A stretch of 63,996 nt of DNA, counting the filler, from Octopus bimaculoides (Eukaryota): the NCBI RefSeq assembly GCF_001194135.2. It is 9 parts of 8 records of this genome, joined end to end, with 100 filler letters (N's around TTAATTAATTAA, not from the genome) between each part and the next. Parts side by side here need not be neighbours in the genome. Positions count along the whole stretch, not along the records: positions 25,856 to 41,401 come from NC_068982.1; positions 41,502 to 46,732 come from NC_068992.1; positions 46,833 to 52,069 come from NC_068981.1; positions 52,170 to 55,176 come from NC_069005.1; 5 more parts are not named here. The stretch is one strand, 5' to 3'. The notes beneath the pieces are model-generated. The model did no database searches. It saw nothing but the letters and a program-made list of their open reading frames with translations, and was not told where the DNA came from. Positions 38,749 through 52,536 of this stretch are shown here, one piece after another; within the stretch, counting starts at the first letter, position 1; each line of letters starts with the position of its first letter. The translations under genes and the position numbers were made by a program.

Positions 38749-39874
38749 TTTGAGTACACCGAAAATAATACAAGAGTAGGTATAACGTTTTTATTAACAG
38801 AAGGTCGTTCGAATTGTACATGTTTGTATAGTAACTCTTTTTTCTGTTCTCCTTCATTGCAAACAAATAGTTTCTAAGTAAAAACAACAAACTGTTTTTG
38901 ACGAAAGAGGAGGTCATCTTGTTCGGGATCAACAGAAGGCTACAGATTTTAGTTTGAAGAAAGGAAACTTGCGTTGAAGACAATTCGTGCAGTGGGAGAT
39001 CAACTGCCATCACTGGCATAAACCGACAGTGAATAGGCACATTGTTTCGCTAGGACACACAAGTCATAGTCTGTGAGACTGCTGCACTGTTCAACTGTGT
39101 ACACAATGTATTCGCGTAAGTGATGAAAGATTGGATATCGGGAAGTTTATGCAAAGTGGTTACCTCGGCAGTTGACACCATATTTCAAGGAGAGAAGGAT
39201 GGAAGTTTGCTTTGATTTACTGGAAGCTGCTTGAAGTCAATGGAGATACGCTTTTTCTCCCGAGCTAGTAATAAGGGATGAAACGTGGTCATATCTTTAT
39301 GATCAGGAAACGAGGGATCAGTCTATAGAAGGGTAACGTATTTCTTCTCCTAAGACCTAAAGAGTTCAAGGCCAGTGATCGGCACAGAAAGTCACAATAA
39401 CTGATTTTAGACATAATAAAAGCATCATTCATCTTGATTTTCTGGAACGTGGCAGTACCGTAAAAAGTGAACAGTACACTGAGTCACTCAAAAAGCTTAA
39501 AGAAGCCATTAGGAGGAAGAGACCGAACTCGAGTCTGAAAACGATCCACATTCACCATGGGAATGTGCGGCAGCATATAATCTTTGGCAACAAATCAGGC
39601 AGTTGATAAATTAAGTTGCTCAGTCCTCCTCTTCACCATACAATTCACATCTGGTGCCCTCCAGCTTCTACATGTTCGGTCCAGTAAAGAAGAATTTGAG
39701 AGTTAGGTTCAGCGAGGGCGAAAATGCAATGCTTGTGATGGAAGCTATGATGAGTCGAACATTTGCATCGTGGAAGAATTATTTTACCAAGATGTTTAAT
39801 TTTAACGATATATGTTAGTTAATGAATAAATAACAAACAATAAAAAAAACTAAATTACTTTCGGTCTAGCTCCG
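38749..39874 (+). mobile_element. Near full-length degenerate mariner
   Basis: VEDNSCSGRST, KWLPRQL, RDETW, HHGNVRQH, PYNSHLVPSSF; 3' TIR ATTACTTTCGGTCTAGCTCCG then TA; degraded 5' TIR near 38750. Confidence 0.85.
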
Positions 39875-39966
39875 TAAAACACACACGCTCATACACACGC
39901 ACACAGACTTGATTATATGCGTTTGTGAATCGGCGTATATATGTACATATGCTGTTTCTCTTTCTA

Positions 39967-40007
<41 letters not shown>

Positions 40008-40462
40008 TGGTATATATTTATATGAATATATGTATGTGTGTGTGTGTGAGAGAGTGTGTGTGTGTACTTGTACTTAGCTATGTGTGTATGTGTATATACA
40101 TACACATCACATATACACACACATATATAAATGTCTGTGTATGCATGATGTATCATATTTACATACATACATCCATATAGACATACACACATACATATAT
40201 ATGCACGCATACACATACATATGTTGTTAATTAAGTAATTTACAGTTAATAAATAAAAACAAGAGATGTCAGTGCAAGTAAAAGGAAAAAAAAAAGAAAA
40301 AAAGGAAAGAAATAAGAACTGAGGAAAGAATGAAAGAAAAAGAGAAACGGTAGTTGAAGCCGTATTACTGTAGATAAGGTTGAACAATGAACAGGTAGCA
40401 GAGATAATGAATTGTGGAATAATGGGGGTGATATATCAGGTGAGAGAGAAGGAGAGCAAGTA

Positions 40463-40544
<82 letters not shown>

Positions 40545-41089
40545 TTGTGTGTATGTGTCTATTTGTGTGTGTATGTGTGCTTGAGCGTTTGTACGTGTCC
40601 GTGCGATCATACGCGAGTGTATTTACACGTGTTACATTATGGAAGTCAGTGTGCTCGAGGAGGAGAGCATAACAACAAATGAAGTAATGAACTAAAGATA
40701 AAAGTGAGAGAAAGAGAGATACATAGAGAAAAAGAGTGAAAGAGAGAGAGAGAGAGAGAGTGAGAGAGAGAGAGAGTGAGAGAAAGAGAGTAAGAGAGAG
40801 AAAAGTACACTGTGTATGTGACAAAATGAGAATGAATATGGAGAAATAGCAGTGTTTTAACCTGGAAGTTGTGTGATTAAGGAATTATGGGAAACGCGTG
40901 AGGTTTGATGAACACACATACACATACATTTAATAAACACATATACACACATACATAACTGTTTATAAAATGGTCCCCTTTCTCTCTCTCTCTCTCTCTC
41001 ACTCTTTCTCTGGCTCCTTTTCTCTCGCTACTTCTCTCCATCTTTCACAATAATTCATAACATACATTACATACATGCATTCACACACA

Positions 41090-41178
41090 CATATGTATGT
41101 ATATGTATATATATATGTGTATATATATATGTATATGTATATATATGTGTGTATATATATATGTATGTATATATATGC

Positions 41179-41214
<36 letters not shown>

Positions 41215-41380
41215 GTATATATATGTATATGTATATGAATATATACATGTATATATATATGTATATGTATATATATATACATGTATATATATATGTATGT
41301 ATATGTATATACATGTATATATATAAATGTATATATATGTATATATATATATAGGTATGTATATATAAAAAAGTAACTAT
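41090..41380. repeat. (TA)n/(TATG)n compound microsatellite
   Basis: Direct reading. Confidence 0.95.
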
Positions 41381-41512
41381 ATAAAAGCATTATTATTGTT
41401 ANNNNNNNNNNNNNNNNNNNNNNNNNNNNNNNNNNNNNNNNNNNNTTAATTAATTAANNNNNNNNNNNNNNNNNNNNNNNNNNNNNNNNNNNNNNNNNNN
41501 NTATTATTATTA

Positions 41513-41571
<59 letters not shown>

Positions 41572-41572
<1 letters not shown>

Positions 41573-42065
41573 GGCGGCGAGCTGGCAGAATCGTTAGCAA
41601 GTCGGGCGAAATGTTTAGCGGTATTTCGTCTGCATCTACTCTCTGAGTTCAAATTGCGTCGAGGTCGACTTTGCATTTCATTCTTTCGGGGTCGATAAAA
41701 AAAGTACCAGTTACGCACTGGGGTCGATGTAAGCGACTTAATCCCTTCCCCGAAATTTGCAGCTTTGTGCTTCTAGTAGAAAGGACTATTATTATTATTA
41801 TTATCATTATCATCATCATCATCATCATTATTTTAGGCGACGAGCTGGCAGAATCGTTAGTACGCCTGGCGAAATGCTTAGCTGTATTTCGTCTGCTGCT
41901 GCGTTTTGAGTTCAAATTCCGCCGACGTCGACTTTGCCTTTCATTCTTTCAGGGTCGATAAAATAGGTACCAGTTACACAATTGGGTCGATGTAATTAGC
42001 TAGCCCCTTTGCCCTGAAAATTTTCAAGACCTTGTGCCTAGAGTAGAAATAATAATTATTATTAT
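41572..42065 (+). mobile_element. Two tandem family M SINEs (41572-41790, 41835-42065), tail A
   Basis: Both start AGGCG(G/A)CGAGCTGGCAGAATCGTTAG and end ...GTGC...TAGTAGAAA/GAGTAGAAA followed by (ATT)n. Confidence 0.92.
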
Positions 42066-42600
42066 TGAGTGAGAGAACAGTACATCAGAGTGACACTGGG
42101 ATACAAATACACGAAGCCCATCATGACTACCCGTCTGATAAGGGTACACCAGGCACATGTATCACAACCATACCTGCGCGACATGGCGATCTTATATCAA
42201 GATGAACAGTGCATGACCTTTCAGGTAGGGAGGGGCCTTGTGAGAATTTTCTTCAATTTGAGTAGCCCATCCCGCACAAAGAGTTCTTGAATAAGGTTTG
42301 TTTAAGGACGATTAACAAAGCACCCATGTTTCAAACTGCATAGAATTCTTTTCAACACATGGCTCTGATGCTCCGCCACTACTTCTGCTCATGATCAGAG
42401 ACGCACATATCGTCAGCCACCAAGAGACAGGTTCAACTGGTTAAGGTCAAGCAGCTGACAAACAAATCTGTGGTATTGAGCAGAATATTTGCTGTAGCCC
42501 ATGTTTTATACCGAGAGAAAACAATGTACATGATAACACTTCCAGTCAGTTAAGATCAAAAGCCATTAGAGCCAGTCTAGTACTGCATCAGGGCATTTAT
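42066..42600 (-). mobile_element. SINE-like retroposon, unassigned family (~530 bp)
   Basis: Non-coding, higher GC; starts ATGCCCTGATGCAGTA..., ends ...CTCTCACTC then (AAT)n. Single copy in this window. Confidence 0.55.
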
Positions 42601-42609
42601 TTATTTATT

Positions 42610-42754
<145 letters not shown>

Positions 42755-43589
42755 CCTGCTTATTCGTCAATCTTCTGTTTCAATTCTGCTTCTTGTTTTC
42801 CACTTTCTCATAAAAGACAATCAATTCTGGATTTATAATCCCCCCACACACAAAACAAAGTTTTCCTTTCATGTAAACACTAACAGAATATTCTAGTAGG
42901 TAGGCTGGATTTTAATGTCTGGGTGCTTCACATGTAGTTCGATCGAGGAATCGTCAAAGAGAATGGTAAATAAAATCGTTGGTGTTTAGAATCATTGGAA
43001 TATGGTAGCCTGGCAAGATCATTGAAAGTAAAATAGCATCGGACGTTTTATGATGAAGATGATATTGATTTCTAGCATAAGTACGAGGCTATGCATTTTA
43101 GTCAAGGAAACCGATCGACTAAACCGATCCTGTATTTTTTCTCATATTTAGAGCTACATTATCCGATGTATCCTCATCATGTTTTTTAAAACACATGGGT
43201 GTTATCTGAGAACATTTAGTCGTTATTTCTAGCAGGTCGAGAGAATTCATAGAGGCACCTTTATTGTACTCATCGTCATCCAAGTTGTCATATTAAAAAC
43301 AACGATAATTTGTGTAATACAGACATTTTGATGTTGTGGCGCGCATTGCTTTCTGTAGCGCATGAGTGACACTGATAAATTTTTATCCTAAACATATCTC
43401 TTTCTCGTCACCTTCCCCTTCCCACTCTATAGCACGTCGTTAACACTTCTCTCTCCCTCTTTTCTCTCCCTATTTTTCTCTCGCTGTTCCCCTCTCCTTT
43501 CAAATAACCACGTGACACATTTGGCCTTATTACACTTCTTTCTCTACTTCTTTCTCGCTTCCGTCTCTTTCTCTCCCTCGCTTTCTCTC

Positions 43590-43621
<32 letters not shown>

Positions 43622-44149
43622 NNNNNNNNNNNNNNNNNNNNNNNNNNNNNNNNNNNNNNNNNNNNNNNNNNNNNNNNNNNNNNNNNNNNNNNNNNNNNNN
43701 NNNNNNNNNNNNNNNNNNNNNNNNNNNNNNNNNNNNNNNNNNNNNNNNNNNNNNNNNNNNNNNNNNNNNNNNNNNNNNNNNNNNNNNNNNNNNNNNNNNN
43801 NNNNNNNNNNNNNNNNNNNNNNNNNNNNNNNNNNNNNNNNNNNNNNNNNNNNNNNNNNNNNNNNNNNNNNNNNNNNNNNNNNNNNNNNNNNNNNNNNNNN
43901 NNNNNNNNNNNNNNNNNNNNNNNNNNNNNNNNNNNNNNNNNNNNNNNNNNNNNNNNNNNNNNNNNNNNNNNNNNNNNNNNNNNNNNNNNNNNNNNNNNNN
44001 NNNNNNNNNNNNNNNNNNNNNNNNNNNNNNNNNNNNNNNNNNNNNNNNNNNNNNNNNNNNNNNNNNNNNNNNNNNNNNNNNNNNNNNNNNNNNNNNNNNN
44101 NNNNNNNNNNNNNNNNNNNNNNNNNNNNNNNNNNTATATATACGATACC

Positions 44150-44560
44150 AACAGTTAAAAGTGCGGATGACCTAGTCGTGATACATGCTCATACCTAACT
44201 GAAGGCTCTGAATTCACATTTCAGCAAGGAGAAAAATTTTCAATTAAGACCAATTTCACATGTGCCTCCCAGAAACTAATTTATGTCCTAACCTACTCAG
44301 ATTGTTGCCACAGTTATGTGGGCCAAACGAGCCTTACTTTGAGAAGCAGAGTTACGCTGCATAAAGAACAGATTCGTTTTCCTCAATACAGGCAGATAGC
44401 TCTGAGCGAACATATTGACAGATGCGCAAGAAATAAAACACCTAATTTTCATATTTTTCCATTATACCAGGGCAAATATTTAATCTCCTTACAAGAACGC
44501 CTAAACAAGGAAAACCTGTTCATACAAAAGTACAGAACACACCTTAATATACAAACTTGA
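44150..44560 (+). mobile_element. Penelope-like GIY-YIG endonuclease region
   Basis: KCG*P...TC...FSIKTNFTCASQKLIYVL...YVGQT...LRSRVTLH...LSEHIDRC...ENLFIQKY...LN. Confidence 0.9.
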
Positions 44561-46603
44561 CCACCTGATCCCTACACATTCCTGTTTAAAAATCAAATTT
44601 ATTTACCACTATTCAATAATACTGAGGAGGTAGTTGTCCCCATTGCCACCTATTTCCTCCCTTTATCCACTCTCTCCATTCATTCTTACTTTTCAAGAAA
44701 TCCAGAATGGCGTGATTCCTTTATCTCAAGGAATGATTACTTCACAATGTCCCATGAAAAGCTAATTTAAATAGAGTAAACCGGTTGGATATCACTACAT
44801 TTTATGAGACTTTTATCATCCATAAAATATGTATATATATATTTGTTCATAAAAGATATTAAAACTATGTGAAATGAAGGCATTTTTCTTCCCCTTTTTA
44901 TATGTTTTCTACATATTTTCACTATATGGATAGAAAGGGCGTTCATTTACCCATTACCTGGCACGAATCCAAGTATGTGCACTTAACCACCACATTTTAT
45001 GTGAACTCACTTTTNNNNNNNNNNNNNNNNNNNNNNNNNNNNNNNNNNNNNNNNNNNNNNNNNNNNNNNNNNNNNNNNNNNNNNNNNNNNNNNNNNNNNN
45101 NNNNNNNNNNNNNNNNNNNNNNNNNNNNNNNNNNNNNNNNNNNNNNNNNNNNNNNNNNNNNNNNNNNNNNNNNNNNNNNNNNNNNNNNNNNNNNNNNNNN
45201 NNNNNNNNNNNNNNNNNNNNNNNNNNNNNNNNNNNNNNNNNNNNNNNNNNNNNNNNNNNNNNNNNNNNNNNNNNNNNNNNNNNNNNNNNNNNNNNNNNNN
45301 NNNNNNNNNNNNNNNNNNNNNNNNNNNNNNNNNNNNNNNNNNNNNNNNNNNNNNNNNNNNNNNNNNNNNNNNNNNNNNNNNNNNNNNNNNNNNNNNNNNN
45401 NNNNNNNNNNNNNNNNNNNNNNNNNNNNNNNNNNNNNNNNNNNNNNNNNNNNNNNNNNNNNNNNNNNNNNNNNNNNNNNNNNNNNNNNNNNNNNNNNNNN
45501 NNNNNNNNNNNNNNNNNNNNNNNNNNATATATACATGTATATATTTATAAAGAAGAACACAGGTGTGATTCAGAATTTACAATAGGTGCTTCAGCAACAT
45601 TTTATTGATTTTCTTTTGGGATTACATTATCGCAAAAAACCATCATCATCAAGCAAATTTTTGACATATAAACAGGTAAGAAGAAAAATGTGATTATGCA
45701 TGTATGTATAGACATGTCTGTGTACATATTTATGTAAGTGTTTACGTATGTATGTATGTGCATGAGAAAGTATGTGTGTATGTATGCATGAACGTATCTG
45801 CCTATCTATCTAAATATGCATTTGTGTATAGGTCGGACACAGGCCAAGAGTAGAATCCCCCGCACACGATCGAGCGGCTTCCTAGAATTTGATGCCAAAT
45901 TTTCATCAAATCACTCACTAACATCTTAAAGAAATAGAAGGGCATTTGGATTTTGTAACTAAAAGAACGGGATGGGTACGGTAGAAACGCTTTTAATCAC
46001 ATGTTTACTGAATGACAATCAACCTAGGGTTAAAGAACATAGAAATATCTGGCACACAGATATAACTGCTCAGATCAACAACAAAAAGAAAAACAATGAA
46101 AGGAAAAGTGATGCATATCAACTCCAACGCCATTTCGTTTTTCTCACAAATATATAATAAGCAATGGCGGCTATGAATGTTATTAAGATGGCGTAAAATA
46201 TCCAATGACGTCACCGTCTACTTCCTGTGCACAGTAATTTTCGTTGTGCGGTCATCCTTTTATAACACATATCCTCTTGCTTATTCATCAGATACGCAGC
46301 CAAAAAATAGAAATCTCAAAGCTATCCGAGTTCGGAAGAAGAAGGTTAAGAAAAGGGCTTTTGAAAATAACAGACTCGGCTTGTAGCCGGACAATCAAAA
46401 GCAATAATAAAACCATCACACACTAGAAATTAGTAGCTTTCATCTTCAATAAAAACTAGAAACCCATTAACTTTTACTTTGAGATTTTATAAATTGAACA
46501 CCAGCTTCCAAAGTTTAAAAAGCTGACAACATCTTATCTATTTTATAGTTCTAAACACAGAAATAAGTACATACTTCTTACAAACGCATCCATGTGTATG
46601 TGT

Positions 46604-46656
<53 letters not shown>

Positions 46657-46832
46657 TACAATCACACACATACACACGCAAATGAATATGTGAAAATGTT
46701 TGTATGTGTGTGTGTGTGTATGTGTATATATANNNNNNNNNNNNNNNNNNNNNNNNNNNNNNNNNNNNNNNNNNNNTTAATTAATTAANNNNNNNNNNNN
46801 NNNNNNNNNNNNNNNNNNNNNNNNNNNNNNNN

Positions 46833-48113
46833 ATTTCTCGGCCTGGTCCTTGAACTTCTTGCGGTACCAGCAGACTGAGGGAGCAGGAAGTGCGCATGTG
46901 CGCGAGTAGGAGCGGCGCCTGGTCCCTCCTGCGGAATGATCTTACACATGCGTGAAACCTGACGGGTCAGTTCTGCGATAGCCCGCAAGATTTCAGAGGA
47001 TGCATGTCGACCGGAGCAGAAGTAGAATCTCGAGAGGAAGATGAAGAAGCGACAAGGTTATCTGCGGAGGATGGTGAGCCGGAAAATTCCATAATCCTGT
47101 CTGTGGAGGCGGCGAGTTGTTGAAAGGCCGTGTGTTCCATCATAGGAGCTAAAATCACCTGGACAATAGAAGGCATCCTCGAGAAAAATAGTTGTTTGAC
47201 AAATGCCTGTCCCACATATGAGCTATCGGACAACTCTCGGATTCGTCGCAAAAACTGTGTGGGGGTTCGGTCCCCAAGATATCTCACATTGAAAGTCCGA
47301 GGGAAGAAGGAATGCCAGTAAGAGCTATGTGGAGTTTGCTCTAGACCGAGTGAATGTTAGAAGAAATGAAGAACGATTCCAGTTGTGAAAACCACATCTT
47401 AGCATCTCCGTGATATTTGAGGCAGAGGAAAATGACTCATCTTGGACGATAACAGGAAAACGGAACGGCACGAGGAACAACTGGTTGAAGAAATGCCATT
47501 AGAAATGGCAGTCAAACACCCTAGTTGAAGGAAGACACGACGAGCAGCGAACTAGGAAAAAATTTTTTCAATAGCAGAGGAGGAAAATAAAATAAATCCT
47601 TGGTAGTTGATAAGGAACAAATTATGGCCAACGCGTGGATTATCCGGATGTTGAGAGAAAGAAACTCATGCCTGGTACGTAGGAAAATTTTCGGTCCATA
47701 TGAATTCTGGAGAAAATTCCGGACAATATTTTTTCCTTTTTTTTTTATAAGCAAGAAGAAAATGCTCTGGGACGCTGTGTCTTCAAATAACCAAGTTGTA
47801 TTTTCGGTTACAATCCGAGGAGAAACGATTTGCAGTCTCCTGCTTGAAAATGGCGCCAAAGTTTTCCTGGTGAAGAAGACAATATGACGATGAGAGACAT
47901 CAGTGGTGTTCCTATATGATGAGAAGCAATTTGGTTGCGTAACCAAAGTCGCGAAGGAGAAAAGAGAATACGTATTCACTGGTCTGTATTCGCCCGGTGT
48001 TCACCATTTTAGATGAATATGTTCATTTTCCACGTAGGGTCACCATTTTAGAGGTCTGTGTTCACGTCAGGTCACCGTTTTAGATGCCCAGATGTCGTCG
48101 TTGAGCCACCTAA
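46833..48113 (-). mobile_element. Gypsy LTR retrotransposon internal 5' region (leader and gag), cut by gap
   Basis: WFSQLESFF, LGDRTPTQFLRRIREL...LFFSRMP...LAASTDRIME, VCWYRKKF; PBS-like GGTGGCTCAACG next to the LTR. Confidence 0.88.
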
Positions 48114-48463
48114 TGTGGCTCTCAGAAGGCTGTAATCTCGCTAGTAGTAAACTCGGATGAAGAGCATATACAAGCAAGGTTGTAACCTTAAACACATTTA
48201 TTGTTGCCACACTTATATACACAATGGAATGATAAATAGAATGGTTGGTGTGTAAAGGGCCATGGTCTACTGTGCTATGCTCCTGTCTGCAAGCTCGCCT
48301 GTGGCATCAGATAGAGCCAGTCAAGTTGCGTCTTCATAACTTGCTCGTGAGTACAGAAAAGTGAAAGAGATGAGGTCACGTGTCTGAACCTTAATGTTGT
48401 GTAACGCCCTCTCTATCTGGCCAGCTTGTTTGACCCGCTGTCAAGGGGGGTAATGCCCCTACA
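48114..48463 (-). mobile_element. Gypsy 5' LTR (~350 bp)
   Basis: Minus strand TGTAGGGG...GCCACA with internal AATAAA, directly upstream of the PBS-like site and gag. Confidence 0.72.
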
Positions 48464-48727
48464 CAACTATATCTGGGCTGTTGCATTTAGATCTGGTTTC
48501 TGTTTTTGTCGGAACGTTCCTCTAATATCCTTTATTTTCAAAGAGTGAGTACTCTCTGGTTCTAATGAACTTTTAGTGTGGCTGACAGCATAAGTGCGGG
48601 AACAAAATTTGTTTAGGAGGTGCAAACCCAGATCCAATTTTTTTTTTTACAAACAAAGGCAATTTCTTTTCAGTCTTAATATCAAAACAAATACAGGTAT
48701 AACAACAACAACAACAACAACAACAAC

Positions 48728-48913
48728 AATAATCCTTTCTACTAAAGGCACAAGACCTGAAATTTTGGGGTAAGTGGCAAGTCGATTACATCGACCCCAT
48801 TACTTCACTAATACTTAATTTATCGATTCCGAAAGGATGAAAGGCAAAGTCGATATCGGCGGACGCTACGCATTTTGTCCAGCGTGCTAAAGATTCTGCC
48901 AGCTCGCCGCCTT
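48728..48913 (-). mobile_element. SINE family M, tail A, internal deletion
   Basis: AGGCGGCGAGCTGGCAGAATC head, central motif, CTTGTGCCTTTAGTAGAAAGGATT tail. Confidence 0.88.
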
Positions 48914-49049
48914 AAACAACAATAATAAACTCAGATAAATCCAATAACGGAAAAGTAATGTTTTAAATCAGTCTAAAAATGTTTCCACGCTCGATTGTTT
49001 TGGCGATGAAGTTTCCTAGAAGGATATTCAAAGCGTTTTCATTGCTCCA

Positions 49050-49290
49050 CAAAAATATTAGGGGCTACGCTTGCACCCCCTGTTCTCCAGCCTATGACTC
49101 TCGGGGCAATCCTTCCTACGCATAGCACTGTAGACAGTTTTAGCGACAATGTCATGTCTCACGGGAGGGTGGTATTTTGCAGACACTTTTGGACAGCTGC
49201 CTTCCACACGAATGTAACAATCAATATTTCCTTTCACTATGTGGAGCTCTAGAGGCATCTTAACTCTCTTGTTCATCAGGTTTTTAGAAG
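49050..49290 (-). mobile_element. R4/Dong fragment (CCHC-adjacent region)
   Basis: SCPKVSAKYHPPVRHDIVAKTVYSAMRRKDCP. Confidence 0.7.
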
Positions 49291-50605
49291 CTATCCCTTG
49301 TTGTGTATGTGTGCGCGCGCGTGTATTTGAGACTTTGAACCTTCAAAAACCTTGTCCTACAATAAAGATTTGCTCTACAATTATATTGAATTGTCTCTTT
49401 CTTTGAGGTACTAGCTTGTATGCTCAATCAACCTATTTATACATATATGCAATCATGTAGACACACAAACATACACACACGCATACATTTATATATACAT
49501 ACATTCTTTCTTTCTCTCTCTCTCTCTCTCTCTCTCACACATACACAGAAAGTATGTGGATGACAATCTATTTGATAAATCTGAATTTTCAACCATCTGG
49601 AAAGCAAGATATCTTTTGAAAAGTATACATTTACCGTATATTGGAAAATAAAGGCGGTCATACTTCATGGTAGCTACCGAGATCTAATCACCTGTAATTA
49701 GCGAGATCAAATGATCAAATTCTCACCGAACGAATCTCTACGCAACAAAATAGCTGTGAAATCATAACTCTAATGTCTAAAAAAAAACTAAAGCACACAT
49801 GCAAAAGAAGAAAACCCAAAGGGACTGTGTAATGCAGAACTATGCACCTGGTAATGGCTAAAAAGGTTTTGCTATGATCGCATTTATGCGGTTGACCTGG
49901 GGTTAAACAACAACAACAACTGCGAACAAGCCAATGAAGTAGCATCACGCAGTCATTCGACTTGCTACAAATATCTGACAAATTTTTCTCGATCCACCCC
50001 ATCTTCTCAAAAATTGAAGGACATATTGGCTAATGTAGGCTTAGATAAACTATGTCTAAAAAAAGAAAGAACAAATGAATTAGTCACTGCCACATCATTT
50101 TGATAAAGTATCTACTCGATCAAAATTGACATGGGATACTCATTGCCGTTTGTGCGTACGCGTGTGTGCATATGTATGATTCACTATAGATAAGTGGTTT
50201 TGACGCTAACAAAGAAAATATCAATAATATAATTAAATTGGTGACAGTTTGTGATAAAAAAAAAAAAGGGTAAAGACCCCCCCCACTTCCCCAAATAAAA
50301 CAAACAACTACCCTAAATCTAATGGAACAGGAATCGCATTTTTAATATACAACAAAACAACAACATTATTAACCAAAAGATCTCGTGTTACACTTTGGCA
50401 ATAACAAAATTCATGTTAAAAAATAAAAAGTTTACCCAAACATCGAAACCCTGTTAATTCATCGAAATGTATTAGAATTCTTCTCTTATTGAAGAAATCA
50501 TTATATTCTGATTTAGCAATTATTTTTGTTTTATGTCAGTATTTCTTCCATACGTTGTTTTGCTTTCCTTTTTATCTAAGTTGCTGCTGAAGTATTTTCT
50601 TACAG

Positions 50606-50649
50606 CAGTGTGGAGAATGGTGGAAGATTAAGGTTTATATACAAAACAA
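50606..50649 (+). CDS. Candidate internal exon (44 nt) of an unidentified gene
   Basis: TATTTTCTTACAG acceptor, AA/GTGAGT donor; two frames open. Confidence 0.45.
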
Positions 50650-50939
50650 GTGAGTGTGTATGTGTGTGCGAGAGAAAGCGAGAGAGAGAGAGAGAGAGGA
50701 TGTGTATAGAGAGATTCGGTAACTTTTGGTGGAGCAGGTTGCACATCTATGTATGTATACAGTGTTAAAATTTAGAAACGATAAGCTGTCAATCATTGCC
50801 GAAGACGGAGATCCGGATACAAATACGGAACTAAACAGAGAAAGTAGTATTACGCACACACAAAAAGATGACATTTTCTCCGTCCTTTGTCTTTATTGGA
50901 ACTATACATCCGTACATTTGCATCTACGTTCCGTTTTAG

Positions 50940-51012
50940 TCCTGGATCCCAATACGAAATTTAACCGCGCTGAGAGCTGGTTGAACGACAATCCACTCGG
51001 TTATATTGACCT
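50940..51012 (+). CDS. Candidate internal exon (73 nt), xLDPNTKFNRAESWLNDNPLGYIDL
   Basis: CTACGTTCCGTTTTAG acceptor, CT/GTAAGT donor, open frame, higher GC. Confidence 0.55.
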
Positions 51013-51444
51013 GTAAGTAGCAGCTGTTTTTTTTTTTTTACAAACACAAATACATTAAATACAAACAGAATTACAGGAAAAGACACATGTACATATGGAA
51101 GCACACGCACACACGGCGCTATAATCATTTTTTCAACCCATAATGCAACTCATTATCGACCATAATTTTTTTTGAAACTTACTTAACTCGATCAGAAGTT
51201 ATCTACGTGTCGTATCACCTGTATTAACAGTTTTATTGTCTTTTTTAATTTTCTGATTGTTCTCGGAGAATAGAAAATGTAGGAAATCGATTAAAAAAGA
51301 AAACATTGCACTTTCTCCCTCCTCTCTGTCTCCCTCCCTTTCTTTGAGTATGTACGTACGAAGAGAGAGATACATAAAGGGAAGGGGAGGAAAAGAAAGT
51401 ACAAAGTTTGTTTTGTGTTCGTATTTATCCATCTATTTATATAC

Positions 51445-51496
<52 letters not shown>

Positions 51497-52169
51497 CTAC
51501 ACGCAAACGTGTGTATGTATATATCGTCAATGTATCGTATCTGAAGAAGAAGTACACTCTAAGAGCAGTAATGTATTTATATGCAGTTAAATCTATGTCC
51601 AGCCATAGAGTAACCAATAGTTTCTCATCCATAAAGGGCTTAACCTCATGGATATGTGTTTGTGTTGTGTGCGTGTGAGCGCGTTTATGTTCTCGTGGAA
51701 GTTGAACTGGAACGTTCACATACTTTATCCCAAATTAAAAGGGTCTAGTTAACTATCTTTGGACGATAGTGAAACTCAGTAGCGATTTGTGAGTTTTCTG
51801 CTTGTATATATTAATGTTTGTTTTAATCTCAATTTATATATAAAAACAACTTAACATTAAACTCGTTACTTTTTGTAGGGTACATTGTTTATAAAACTTT
51901 TAGAAGAGTGGTGGTAATGCTTCCTTGAAAGTTTCGACTAGCTAGCCTTCGCTTGACTTCGAAGTTACTATCACTCCTTTTGTAAATATTTAGTCAACAC
52001 ACACGCACACTTTTCTCCTTATTCATTTATGTGAGTGCCCCCCCCCCCCACGCACACACACACACACACNNNNNNNNNNNNNNNNNNNNNNNNNNNNNNN
52101 NNNNNNNNNNNNNTTAATTAATTAANNNNNNNNNNNNNNNNNNNNNNNNNNNNNNNNNNNNNNNNNNNN

Positions 52170-52536
52170 AAACAATACCTATTGTCATAGGTGACCTGGG
52201 AATGACAGCGAAACGGGCTGATTACTACCTAGCTCAGATACCAGGAAACCCCAAAATGGCTGAAGTTCAAAAGATAGTGCTCATGGGAACTGCCCATATC
52301 CTACGTAAAATACTGTCTATGTGATCTCAAATTTTAAAGCAAACACATAATTTTTTTTATGGTTTCTTAAACATTCACTTGAACAAAACTGTACAAATCC
52401 AAATATATGGTACCCTAGGCATAACACCTACATGAACTTCTAACTTGTTGTCTCTTGAGGTCTCTGGGTGAGACTTGGATCCAACTTGTACAAATGCAAA
52501 ACAAAAGTCAAACATAAAATAATAATAATAACAATA
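52170..52536 (+). mobile_element. R4/Dong LINE 3' end
   Basis: IPIVIGDLG...IPGNP...QKIVLMGTAHILRKILSM*, then 3' UTR and (TAA)n. Confidence 0.9.

Noticed and set aside
44750-44790. Hammerhead-like remnant 3' of the GIY-YIG region
   Set aside because: Both core motifs are mutated (CCCATGA, TAAAC); not supportable.
45586-45675. 90-nt exon-like segment with CAG/GTAAGA donor
   Set aside because: Stops in all three frames and a weak acceptor.
49845-50103. About 80 stop-free codons on the plus strand
   Set aside because: No ATG or clear splice sites, includes an (AAC)n tract, and has no recognisable motif.
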